In this document: piece by piece, positions 18,072 through 26,532 of the stretch | Layout: the number at the start of each line of letters is the position of its first letter | Numbering within the stretch: position 1 is the stretch's first letter | Assembly (NCBI GenBank): GCA_964503625.1 | Contig: CAZDAU010000001.1 | Coordinates: 2,101 to 66,100, forward strand | DNA: 64,000 nucleotides | Direction of reading: 5' to 3' | Source of the DNA: an uncultured Anaerolinea sp. | GTDB lineage: Bacteria > Chloroflexota > Anaerolineae > Anaerolineales > UBA4823 | Position numbers and translations under genes: made by a program | Notes under the pieces: model-generated | What the model saw: the letters and a program-made list of their open reading frames with translations, nothing else | The model's database searches: none | Told to the model about the DNA's origin: nothing

Positions 18072-20460
18072 AACGGCGGTGATCGCCGTTTTATTTCTTT
18101 GCCTCTCCTTGAGCGCCTGCGTCACCCTCAAGGACCCGGAGGCATCCCAGGAGTACACCGCCGATGTGGTTGCCACAATTGCGGGCGGACAGTCGGCAGG
18201 GCAGACGTTCATCTCCCGGCGGCCCCGGCTGAACCAGGTTCAACTTTGGCTTCGCCAGGCCAGGCCGCCAGATCAGCCAGACAGCCTGGTGATCGCAGAG
18301 CTCTATACCTCGCCCCAGGCAGCTCAGCCGCTGGCCCAAGTTTTGATCCCTTATGCTCAAATCACTCGCTCTCTACCGGTAACCATCTCGCTTCCACCCC
18401 AAAGCGAAGCGCCTTACCAGAGTTACTACCTGGCGCTAAAAACAAACGACGGCGTGGTCAGCGTGCTTGGGCGAGCCGAAGACGCCTATCCTTTGGGCGA
18501 GCTTTGGCTGAATGGGCAGCCAATGGAAGCAGATGCAGCCTTCCGCCTGGCTTATGAGTATGACCACCGCGCCATCCTTTCGGACGCCGCCCTGGCGCTC
18601 TCCAAAGGCTGGCTGATCCTGCCGCTTTTGCTGCTGCTGTGGGCGCCTGGGCGGTTGATTGCAGGTCTGATCGAGGACCAGGCGCAGTTGGATGGGGGTG
18701 AACGCAACGCCCTGGCCGTTGCCCTGAGCATGGCGGTTGTCCCGCTGGTGATGCTGTGGACGACAAGGTTGGGCCTGCACTGGAGCCGGGCAGGGGTGAT
18801 GGCAGTCTATGCCCTGATCGCCGCTGGCCTGGGTTGGCGGCTGTGGCGAAACCGCCCAGCAAAAATCAGCCTGACTGTGGATGGCCATGACTTGGCGCTG
18901 GCGGCTGTCCTGCTGTTTTCGTTGGCAATCCGCCTGGCGATGGTGCGCGACTTGGCCGCTCCCGCCTGGGTGGACCCGGTTCACCATGCCACCATCATCC
19001 GCGCCATCCTGGAGGAAGGAGGTTTGCCCACCAGCGATGCAATTGGGGTTGAGTCAGATGCAAGTGGGTATCACCTCGGCTTTCACAGCCTGGCGGCTGT
19101 TTTTCATTGGCTGTCAGGGCTTAAAATGCCGGACGACTTGCTCCTTCTGGGACAGGTATTGAACGCCGCCTGCATCCTGGGTGTGTATCTTTTCACCACT
19201 ACGCTGACTGGCAACCGCCGGGCGGGGTTGTTTGCAGCCTTCATAGCCGGCGTTTTTACACCCATGCCAGCCTATTACACCAGTTGGGGCCGCTATACCC
19301 AACTGGCTGGGTTGGTCATCCTTCCAGGCGCCTTCAAGCTAACCCAACTATGCCTGGCAGACACGGCCACAGGTTGGAGCGCGCGCGCCAGGTTATGGTT
19401 GGTCACGGCAATCGCATGCGCCGGTCTCTTTCTGACTCATTACCGGGTAGCGGCTTTCCTGGCTCTGCTGCTGGCCGCGTATCTGCTGGCTGAAATCTTG
19501 CGCAGCCTGCACAGGCAACCCTTGTGGCATAGCCTGCCTTCCATCTTAGGGCGGTTGGCTGCCCTGGGTACCATGGCGTTGGCCCTCACCCTGCCCTGGT
19601 GGCCCACCCTGTACCCAACGCTGATTGCGCCCCGCCTGGGCCTCGATCCTCCTGCTCCGCAACCTCTGCTGATCGATTGGGGGTTGCTGACCCCGGCCTA
19701 TGGCAAAGCCAGCTTAATCCTGGCGGCCGGCGGTCTGGTCTGGACGATCCTGAGGGCGCGTTGGTTTGGGCCCATGTTGGCGCTCTGGGTGGGCTTTTTG
19801 TATCTGAGCGCGAATCAGGGGATGGTGCGCCTGCCTGTGAACACCGGTATCAACAAGACCTCGGTTGAGATCATGTTGTTTATGCCCGTGGCTGCTTTGG
19901 GAGGCTTTCTGATCGGCGATTTGCTAGACCTGTTTGCAGGCCTCATGCCCAGCCAACTGCGCAGGGCTTACCTGGGCATCGCAACAGCCATCATGGCGGG
20001 GCTGGCGCTGCTGGGAGCGCAACGTTTGCTGCCAATCCTCAATCCGGCGACTTTGCTCTTTCGCCAGGCCGACCGGCCGGCAATTGCCTGGATTGACGAC
20101 CATCTTTCGCAGGGTGAACGGTTCTTGATTAACCCCTTCCTGTGGGGCTACGGTGTTTACGCTGGACAGGATGGCGGCTTCTGGATCACCCCCCTAGCCG
20201 GCAGGGGCACACTACCGCCGCCATTGCTGTATGGCCTGGGGTCAACCGAACAAAAGAGCGCCATCATCCAGGCCAGCCGCCAGGCCTTGGACCATGCAAA
20301 AGATCCAGCCGGGCTGCATGCTCTCATGCAGGAGCAGGAGATCGAATATCTTTACACCGGCGCCCGTGGTGGGGCGATATCGCCAGCCGCCTTGAGCACA
20401 AGCGATCTCTTTGAAACTGTCTATCACCAGGATGGCGTGTGGATCTTTCGCGCCCGCTGA
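18043..20460 (+). CDS. large polytopic membrane protein with lipobox N-terminus, unknown family
   Basis: 805 aa. LFLCLSLSAC lipobox, then a ~150-aa extracytoplasmic segment and more than 12 hydrophobic helices. ATG 18043 overlaps the prfB end; an alternative GTG lies at 18079. Confidence 0.6.
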   Translation: MAACKRIRNRTAVIAVLFLCLSLSACVTLKDPEASQEYTADVVATIAGGQSAGQTFISRRPRLNQVQLWLRQARPPDQPDSLVIAELYTSPQAAQPLAQVLIPYAQITRSLPVTISLPPQSEAPYQSYYLALKTNDGVVSVLGRAEDAYPLGELWLNGQPMEADAAFRLAYEYDHRAILSDAALALSKGWLILPLLLLLWAPGRLIAGLIEDQAQLDGGERNALAVALSMAVVPLVMLWTTRLGLHWSRAGVMAVYALIAAGLGWRLWRNRPAKISLTVDGHDLALAAVLLFSLAIRLAMVRDLAAPAWVDPVHHATIIRAILEEGGLPTSDAIGVESDASGYHLGFHSLAAVFHWLSGLKMPDDLLLLGQVLNAACILGVYLFTTTLTGNRRAGLFAAFIAGVFTPMPAYYTSWGRYTQLAGLVILPGAFKLTQLCLADTATGWSARARLWLVTAIACAGLFLTHYRVAAFLALLLAAYLLAEILRSLHRQPLWHSLPSILGRLAALGTMALALTLPWWPTLYPTLIAPRLGLDPPAPQPLLIDWGLLTPAYGKASLILAAGGLVWTILRARWFGPMLALWVGFLYLSANQGMVRLPVNTGINKTSVEIMLFMPVAALGGFLIGDLLDLFAGLMPSQLRRAYLGIATAIMAGLALLGAQRLLPILNPATLLFRQADRPAIAWIDDHLSQGERFLINPFLWGYGVYAGQDGGFWITPLAGRGTLPPPLLYGLGSTEQKSAIIQASRQALDHAKDPAGLHALMQEQEIEYLYTGARGGAISPAALSTSDLFETVYHQDGVWIFRAR

Positions 20461-20510
20461 CCAGGAGCGCATCTATCTAACCAGATAGCCCGTTTCCATT
20501 GATACAACCC

Positions 20511-21779
20511 ATGATCTCGCGCCTCCAAACCCTCTGGAAATCCTATCCGCGCCAGTACTGGCTTCTGATGACCGGTATGCTGATCAACACCATCGGCATG
20601 GGGTTTGTTTGGCCTTTCTTGAATATCTATCTGAATGAAGAGCTCGGCATCCCAATTTCAACTGCAACGCTCTTGCCTGTGCTGGAACAAAGTGTTTCGC
20701 TGTTCACCACCCTGGCGGCCGGATCCGTTGCAGACCGATTTGGCCGCAAAGGTCTGATGGTTCTCAGCCTGGGGGCGGGCTCAGGTATTTACTTCCTGAT
20801 GGGTTTCGCCACGCGCTGGTGGATGTTTGCCATCTTACTGGGGCTGCGCGGCTTTTTCCTGCCGCTTTACCGCGTGGCGGCGGACACCATGGTTGCAGAT
20901 CTGATCACAGAAGAAGAAGAGCGCCTGCCGGCTTACTCGCTACTGCGCACAGCAAACAACCTGGGCGTGGCCATCGGGCCGGTCCTGGGTGGGTTTGTAG
21001 CTGCGGTGAGCTACCGGGCAAGCTTCTTATCTGCTTCCAGCGCCATGTTATTCTTCGCACTTTTAGTCCTGGTGGGCATGATCGAGACCCTGCCACAAGG
21101 CTCTCGCTCATCAAGCCGAGCACGTGCCAAGAAAAGCGGCAAAGCAGCGCCAGGCTATCGATTAATCCTTGGGGATAGAATATTTATGCTGGCGCTGCTG
21201 GCTTTTGCCTTCAATGGAATGGGGGCATCCCTGCCCTTCCAGCTTTTGGGCATCTATGGCAAAGAGAATTTTGGTCTCAGCGAGGCTCAGTTTGGAATGA
21301 TCGTGATGGTCAACGCCTTGATGGTGGTGTTTTTCCAGGTGCCGGTATCGGCCGTAACGCGAAAGCTGGAAAGCCTCAAAGTGCTGGCTGTGGGGGCGCT
21401 GTTTTATGCAGCCGGCATTGCTGGCATGGCGCTGGGCAGCCAGGGAGTGCATTTTGCCGTGGGCATGGCAATTTTGACCATTGGCGAGCTGTTAATCGCC
21501 CCAACCTTTACCAGCTTTGCGGTAAACCTGGCACCAGAGGAAATGCGCGGGCGCTATATGAGCGCCTATTGGGTAAGCTGGAGCGTGAGCCGTGGGATCG
21601 GACCGGCGCTGGCGGGCCAGGTTTACGATCTGGTCACACCGGTGATGATCTGGTATCTTGGGGGCTTTTGGAATCTGGCTGCAGCAACGATCTTTGCCAG
21701 CCTGGCCCCTGCTTACCGGCGCCGGAAAAACTCGCAAATGCAAGTGGGATCGACCGAAAAACTGGCTGAAAATCCTTGA
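20511..21779 (+). CDS. MFS transporter
   Basis: About 422 aa with 12 TM helices and the MFS loop motif GSVADRFGRKG. The ORF track starts at TTG 20499; ATG 20511 is preferred. Confidence 0.8.
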   Translation: MISRLQTLWKSYPRQYWLLMTGMLINTIGMGFVWPFLNIYLNEELGIPISTATLLPVLEQSVSLFTTLAAGSVADRFGRKGLMVLSLGAGSGIYFLMGFATRWWMFAILLGLRGFFLPLYRVAADTMVADLITEEEERLPAYSLLRTANNLGVAIGPVLGGFVAAVSYRASFLSASSAMLFFALLVLVGMIETLPQGSRSSSRARAKKSGKAAPGYRLILGDRIFMLALLAFAFNGMGASLPFQLLGIYGKENFGLSEAQFGMIVMVNALMVVFFQVPVSAVTRKLESLKVLAVGALFYAAGIAGMALGSQGVHFAVGMAILTIGELLIAPTFTSFAVNLAPEEMRGRYMSAYWVSWSVSRGIGPALAGQVYDLVTPVMIWYLGGFWNLAAATIFASLAPAYRRRKNSQMQVGSTEKLAENP

Positions 21780-21804
21780 CAGTGAACCCCAGTACACGTA
21801 TAAT
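21776..21804 (+). promoter_or_regulatory. consensus sigma70-type promoter TTGACA-N17-TATAAT for rpmF
   Basis: TTGACA at 21776-21781, an exact 17-nt spacer, TATAAT at 21799-21804. The -35 contains the MFS stop codon TGA. Confidence 0.6.
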
Positions 21805-21923
21805 CGCTTAGCCTGCCCGAAGGGCAGGTATTGTTATGAATGAACCCGCTGGTCAAATAGCCGGCAGCTTGCCAAACGGCAATCCTGCCGAACAGTTTGG
21901 ATGTAAAAAACAGGAGTAAGAGC

Positions 21924-22118
21924 ATGCCCCCCCATCCCAAGAGAAAACACTCATCCGGCCGTCGCGATCGCCGGCGCTCACACGATGCACTGACCCCCAC
22001 CGCATTGGTGCAGTGCAGCAATTGCGGCGAGATGCGCCTGCCGCACAATGTGTGCCCAAATTGCGGCCACTACAAAGGCCGTGAAGTGATCAACCTCGAA
22101 GAAGAGAAGAAGAAATAG
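21924..22118 (+). CDS. rpmF: 50S ribosomal protein L32
   Basis: MPPHPKRKHSSGRRDRRRSHDAL...CSNCGEMRLPHNVCPNCGHYKGREV (zinc-ribbon L32). AGGAG lies 7 nt upstream. Confidence 0.9.
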   Translation: MPPHPKRKHSSGRRDRRRSHDALTPTALVQCSNCGEMRLPHNVCPNCGHYKGREVINLEEEKKK

Positions 22119-22124
22119 GCTGAC

Positions 22125-22145
22125 GGGCCGTGTGTGACACGGCCC
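22125..22145 (+). other. 8-bp GC hairpin between rpmF and fabD
   Basis: GGGCCGTG-TGTGA-CACGGCCC, 6 nt after the rpmF stop and 8 nt before the fabD ATG. It has only a poor U-tract. Confidence 0.35.
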
Positions 22146-22153
22146 GCTTGCGT

Positions 22154-23086
22154 ATGATGACTCAGATAGCATTTGTCTTCCCCGGACAAGGCTCGCAGTC
22201 GGTTGGCATGGGCCGCGAACTGGCCGAAGCCTATCCTGCTGCGCGCCGGGTTTTTGCGCAAGCCGACGAGATCATGGGTTTCCCCCTCTCCCGCCTGGCC
22301 TGGGAGGGGCCTGAGGCCGATCTCAACGACACGATTAACACCCAGCCGGCCTTGCTGGTGCACTCGGTGGCAACTTTGGCGGTCCTGCATGAACAGTTCT
22401 CCAGCCTGAAGCCGTCATTTGTCGCCGGTCATTCGATGGGCGAGTTGAGCGCCCTGGTGGCCTGCAATGCCTTGCCCTATGAAAACGCCCTGAGGCTGGT
22501 GCGGCGGCGCGGGGAGCTGATGAAACAGGCTGGCGAGGCATCGCCGGGCGGTATGGCAGCAGTTTTAGGCGCCGATATCCCCACCCTGGAACGGATTTGC
22601 GCCGAGGCCAGCACGCCGGGTGAAGTGGTGCAAGTGGCCAACGACAATTGCCCCGGCCAGGTGGTCATCTCTGGCGCAAGGCCGGCGCTGGAGCGGGCTA
22701 TCCAACTGGCCCAGCAGGCTGGCATTCGCAAGGTGCGCCCGCTGGCGGTGAGCATCGCCGCGCATTCGCCCCTGATGACCCACGCCCAGGCTGATTTCAA
22801 TCAGGCGGTGCTCCAGGCTGGGATTGCTGACCCGCTAATCCCCCTAGTCGGCAATGTCAGCGCTCTGCCGCTGAGCACTGCTGCCGAAGTTCAGGATGAT
22901 TTGCAGGCCCAACTGACCTCCCGGGTGCGTTGGACCGAGTCCATCCAGGAAATGGCGGCCCGCGGCGTCACAACATTTATTGAACTGGGCAGCGGTTCAG
23001 TGCTGACAGGCCTGATCAAACGCATTGACGACCAGGTGCTGGGCATATCAGTTGGCAACCCGGCGGATATTGAAAAGCTGGCCTGA
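22154..23086 (+). CDS. fabD: malonyl-CoA:ACP transacylase
   Basis: MMTQIAFVFPGQGSQ..., active-site GHSMGE, ...AHSPLM. Confidence 0.9.
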   Translation: MMTQIAFVFPGQGSQSVGMGRELAEAYPAARRVFAQADEIMGFPLSRLAWEGPEADLNDTINTQPALLVHSVATLAVLHEQFSSLKPSFVAGHSMGELSALVACNALPYENALRLVRRRGELMKQAGEASPGGMAAVLGADIPTLERICAEASTPGEVVQVANDNCPGQVVISGARPALERAIQLAQQAGIRKVRPLAVSIAAHSPLMTHAQADFNQAVLQAGIADPLIPLVGNVSALPLSTAAEVQDDLQAQLTSRVRWTESIQEMAARGVTTFIELGSGSVLTGLIKRIDDQVLGISVGNPADIEKLA

Positions 23087-23369
23087 CAACAGGCTTGTGA
23101 TTTACACCCCAACCAGGCATACAACACACTCTCAACATCTGAGCGCCGACCGCCGGACCGTAAAGCATTCCAGGACGGCGCACGCCTGGTTCAAATGTTG
23201 AATTCCACCCAGCTATAAGCACAGGTTTGCCTGAGCAGCGGCTGGGTTGTGTTTTATAATCAGAACAGAACGACGGAAGTCTGGAATGCCAGGCCAGCAA
23301 ACTTTATGCGGTATAATCAGGGACGCTTAAGTTTGAAGGTATTGATTGCCAAGGAGGTCGCGAGCAAGA

Positions 23370-24128
23370 ATGGATAATTTTATGATCCTGGATGGCCGGG
23401 TGGCGGTGGTGACGGGCGGGCGGCGCGGGATTGGACTGGCCATTGCCGAGCTGCTGACCCGTCGCGGAGCCAATATCATGATTGGCGACCGAACGATTGA
23501 TGAGTCGATCAAGAGCGCCCAGAAAGTCGCCGCTGAGTGCGGCTGCCGGGTCGAAGCGATCCAGGTAGATGTTTCTGATTTTCAAAGCGCAAACAGGCTC
23601 ATTGAGGCGGCAATGGATACCTTTGGCCGGGTGGATATCCTGGTCAACAACGCCGGCGTGACCCGCGACACCCTGATCCTGCGTATGACCGAAGAGGACT
23701 GGGACTATGTGCTGAATGTCAACCTGAAAGGCGCCTGGAATTGCTGCAAGGCGGTCGTCCGGCCCATGATGAAGCAGCGTTATGGGCGAATTGTGAACAT
23801 TTCCTCGGTTTCGGGTTTGGCGGGACAAGCCGGCCAGACCAACTATTCGGCTTCCAAGGCGGGGCTGATTGGTTTGACCAAAGCCCTGGCCCGTGAGGTG
23901 GCTTCTCGCGGAATCACGGTCAACGCAGTTGCCCCCGGCTTCATACCCACCGCGCTGACCAACGAACTGCCCCAGGAATTGAAAGATGGCATGATGAAGC
24001 TGATCCCGCTTGGGCGCTGGGGCCAACCCGAGGAAGTGGCGGCAGCGGTGTGTTTCCTGGCCTCCGAAGAGGCCAGTTACATCACCGGGCAAGTGCTGAG
24101 CGTTGATGGCGGGATGATGATGATGTAA
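23370..24128 (+). CDS. fabG: 3-oxoacyl-ACP reductase
   Basis: VAVVTGGRRGIGLAIA, NNAGV, SSVSG...YSASKAG (SDR triad). AAGGAGG SD upstream. ATG 23370 chosen. Confidence 0.9.
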   Translation: MDNFMILDGRVAVVTGGRRGIGLAIAELLTRRGANIMIGDRTIDESIKSAQKVAAECGCRVEAIQVDVSDFQSANRLIEAAMDTFGRVDILVNNAGVTRDTLILRMTEEDWDYVLNVNLKGAWNCCKAVVRPMMKQRYGRIVNISSVSGLAGQAGQTNYSASKAGLIGLTKALAREVASRGITVNAVAPGFIPTALTNELPQELKDGMMKLIPLGRWGQPEEVAAAVCFLASEEASYITGQVLSVDGGMMMM

Positions 24129-24137
24129 GGAGGCGTC

Positions 24138-24542
24138 TTGAAAGAGCAGACGATCGACTCAATGCAGTCAGGGGAGTACAAACCAGAACGCGGCAGGACC
24201 ACAGTAGCACCGGATGTCATGCTGACGATTGCTCAATTAACGACCCTGAACGTGCCTGGGGTGAGTGCAATGAGCAATGTCCCCGGGGGTGTCAACCGTC
24301 TTTTCAAGCGTGGCCCCGGTGAGGGCGTGCGGATGGACATTCGCGAAGATGTCGTTTACATTGACCTGTATGTGATTTTGAAGAGAGACTTCAACATTCG
24401 CGACACCAGCCGGCAGGTGCAACAGCAGGTGGCCCGTGCCATTTCCGAGATGGTCGGCTTGAACGTGGGGCGGGTCAATATTCATGTTGATGACATCGAT
24501 TATTCATCGGAGGCCGTATCAGGCAAGCCCCCAGAGGCGTAA
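24138..24542 (+). CDS. Asp23/Gls24-family envelope stress protein
   Basis: 134 aa. TTVAPDVMLTIAQLTTLNVPGVSAM...VYIDLYVILKRDFNIRDTSRQVQQQV. TTG start with AAGGAGG 4 nt upstream. Confidence 0.8.
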   Translation: MKEQTIDSMQSGEYKPERGRTTVAPDVMLTIAQLTTLNVPGVSAMSNVPGGVNRLFKRGPGEGVRMDIREDVVYIDLYVILKRDFNIRDTSRQVQQQVARAISEMVGLNVGRVNIHVDDIDYSSEAVSGKPPEA

Positions 24543-24547
24543 CTCTT

Positions 24548-25015
24548 ATGAAGTCTCGAACCAGGGCGCGAGGCATTGCCCTGCAAGCACTTTACGAAAT
24601 TGATCTCACCGGTCACCAGCCAGGCATCGTGCTAGAGGAACGATTTCAGGAGAACGATCTGGATGCTGAGTTGGCAGAATTTGCGCGCCAGATAGTGACA
24701 GGCGTCACTCCGCTGTTTGAAACCCTGGATAATTATATTGCCGAACACGCTCCCGAATGGCCCCTGGATCAGGTCGCGATCATTGACCGCAACATCCTGC
24801 GCATAGCGCTATGGGAGTTTGCCGTGTACGGCGAGACGCCGATCAAAGTTGCGATCAATGAGGCCGTCGAACTGAGCAAGACATACGGCTCAGATAGCAC
24901 TCCCCGCTTTGTTAATGGTGTGTTGGGCAGCCTGGCAATGCGCGAGAATGAGTTGCGGAATGCGCTCAAGAAATCCTCCAGTGGTAGTCAAATGCCGGAA
25001 ACAGGGAAAGCGTAA
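24548..25015 (+). CDS. nusB: transcription antitermination factor NusB
   Basis: 155 aa. RTRARGIALQALYEIDL...DRNILRIALWEF...PIKVAINEAVELSKTYGSDSTPRFVNGVLG. Confidence 0.9.
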   Translation: MKSRTRARGIALQALYEIDLTGHQPGIVLEERFQENDLDAELAEFARQIVTGVTPLFETLDNYIAEHAPEWPLDQVAIIDRNILRIALWEFAVYGETPIKVAINEAVELSKTYGSDSTPRFVNGVLGSLAMRENELRNALKKSSSGSQMPETGKA

Positions 25016-25032
25016 ACGCAGGAAAAGGTTTA

Positions 25033-25596
25033 ATGGAATTCTTAGGTGTTGGGCCACTTGAGCTGTTTTTTATTTTGATCATTGCCCTGATTTTTCTGGG
25101 CCCACGGGACATGGTCAAAGCCGGGCGAACCCTGGGCAAATTCATGCGCAAAATTGTCATGTCGCCCACCTGGCGGATGGTGCAGCAGACATCCCGAGAG
25201 CTGCGCACGCTGCCGAATCGCATGATCCGCGAAGCAGGGATGGAAGAGGATATTAAGGACCTGAATCAGATTCGCAAAGACATGGAAAATCAGATTGGGA
25301 CCATCCGCAAGCCCTTCAGCGCTGCCGCCAGCGAAGCCGACGAAACTCTCCAGGCAGCGCAGAGCGGGCTCCCGGCACAAAGCGATCTTGGCTTACAAGC
25401 TGGCGAAACAAAGAATGGCGGAACAACAACGCCAGCCCATGCGGCCGGGCAAGCCAATCTATCAGCTTGGATCACCGCCCCCCCATCGGCAGAGCCGGAA
25501 GTAAATCTTGGGGGGATTCAGGCATCAAACCCGGCTGGGGCGTCTGATCAGGCTGCTCCGGCCTCGACAGAAACTCAAAATCCAAACGCTGCTTGA
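25033..25596 (+). CDS. tatA: twin-arginine translocase TatA/TatB-family protein (long, TatB-like)
   Basis: MEFLGVGPLELFFILIIALIFLGPRDMVKAGRTLGKFMRK followed by a low-complexity tail. Confidence 0.8.
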   Translation: MEFLGVGPLELFFILIIALIFLGPRDMVKAGRTLGKFMRKIVMSPTWRMVQQTSRELRTLPNRMIREAGMEEDIKDLNQIRKDMENQIGTIRKPFSAAASEADETLQAAQSGLPAQSDLGLQAGETKNGGTTTPAHAAGQANLSAWITAPPSAEPEVNLGGIQASNPAGASDQAAPASTETQNPNAA

Positions 25597-25604
25597 TACC
25601 CGCT

Positions 25605-26492
25605 ATGCGCAGAGCATTACGATCCATCTGGCGCATCCTCACCGCACCCTTTCGTTTTATCTTCCGGTTTTTCCGAAAGCTCTGGCTCTGGTTTTCCCGC
25701 AAGATCAGCGCAATACACGACTTTTTCACCGAAGAAGTTGAAGATGCACCTGTTGGCGATGCGTTGAACAAGGCCATCGACAACCCCATGGGGCTGTTTG
25801 AGCACCTGGATGCCCTGCGAAAACACCTGGTGCGAGCTGTTTTGGCATTGGCGATCACCACAGCCTTTTCCTTCACCTTTTTCACCCCCATCCTCGAACT
25901 GCTTTCGCGGCCGCTGGAGGGCGGCATCGAGTCACTGGTAGCAATCGAGGTCACCGAGCCGATTGGAACGGTGATGCGGGTCTCTTTACTGACCGGCTTC
26001 GCCCTGGCATTTCCATATATTGCATTTGAGCTTTTCTTATTTATCGCCCCGGGGTTGAGCCGCAAGGCGCGCCTCTACGGGCTTTTGGCCATTCCAGTCG
26101 CCACAATCTTCTTCCTGGGTGGGATGGCTTTTGCATACTTTGTGATGCTGCCCACAGCGTTGCCGTTTCTGCTGAACTTCATGGGCATCAACACCATCCC
26201 ACGCCCTTCCTCCTACGTTAAATTCGTCACCAGTTTGATGTTTTGGATCGGGGTCGCCTTTGAGTTTCCGTTGGTGATCTTCCTGTTCGCCAAGCTGGGC
26301 TGGGTAGACTGGCAAGTGTTGGTGAAACAATGGCGTTTTGCTATCGTCATCATTGCTGTGATTGGCGCGTTGGTCACACCCACGGTGGACCCGGTCAATA
26401 TGAGCCTGGTGATGCTGCCGATGATTGTGCTGTACGCCTTCAGCATTCTCCTGGCGTTTTTCGCCCGACCAAAATCACCCCAGTCAGCCTGA
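25605..26492 (+). CDS. tatC: twin-arginine translocase subunit TatC
   Basis: MGLFEHLDALRKHLVRAVLALAI... with six TM helices. There is a ~60-aa basic N-extension. The start is uncertain (TTG 25593 overlaps the tatA stop; ATG 25605). Confidence 0.85.
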   Translation: MRRALRSIWRILTAPFRFIFRFFRKLWLWFSRKISAIHDFFTEEVEDAPVGDALNKAIDNPMGLFEHLDALRKHLVRAVLALAITTAFSFTFFTPILELLSRPLEGGIESLVAIEVTEPIGTVMRVSLLTGFALAFPYIAFELFLFIAPGLSRKARLYGLLAIPVATIFFLGGMAFAYFVMLPTALPFLLNFMGINTIPRPSSYVKFVTSLMFWIGVAFEFPLVIFLFAKLGWVDWQVLVKQWRFAIVIIAVIGALVTPTVDPVNMSLVMLPMIVLYAFSILLAFFARPKSPQSA

Positions 26493-26532
26493 GCAGGCTG
26501 ATTGAAATTCCAACCCATTTGAGGGTGCAGAT

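Noticed and set aside
23016-23300. 94-aa minus-strand ORF in the fabD-fabG spacer as a possible small gene.
   Set aside because: It overlaps the fabD 3' end by 71 nt, has no SD and its composition is not protein-like. The spacer itself remains unexplained and is reported as a finding.
23304-24092. 262-aa minus-strand ORF antisense to fabG.
   Set aside because: It overlaps a canonical SDR (FabG) with all catalytic motifs on the plus strand. There is no independent support.
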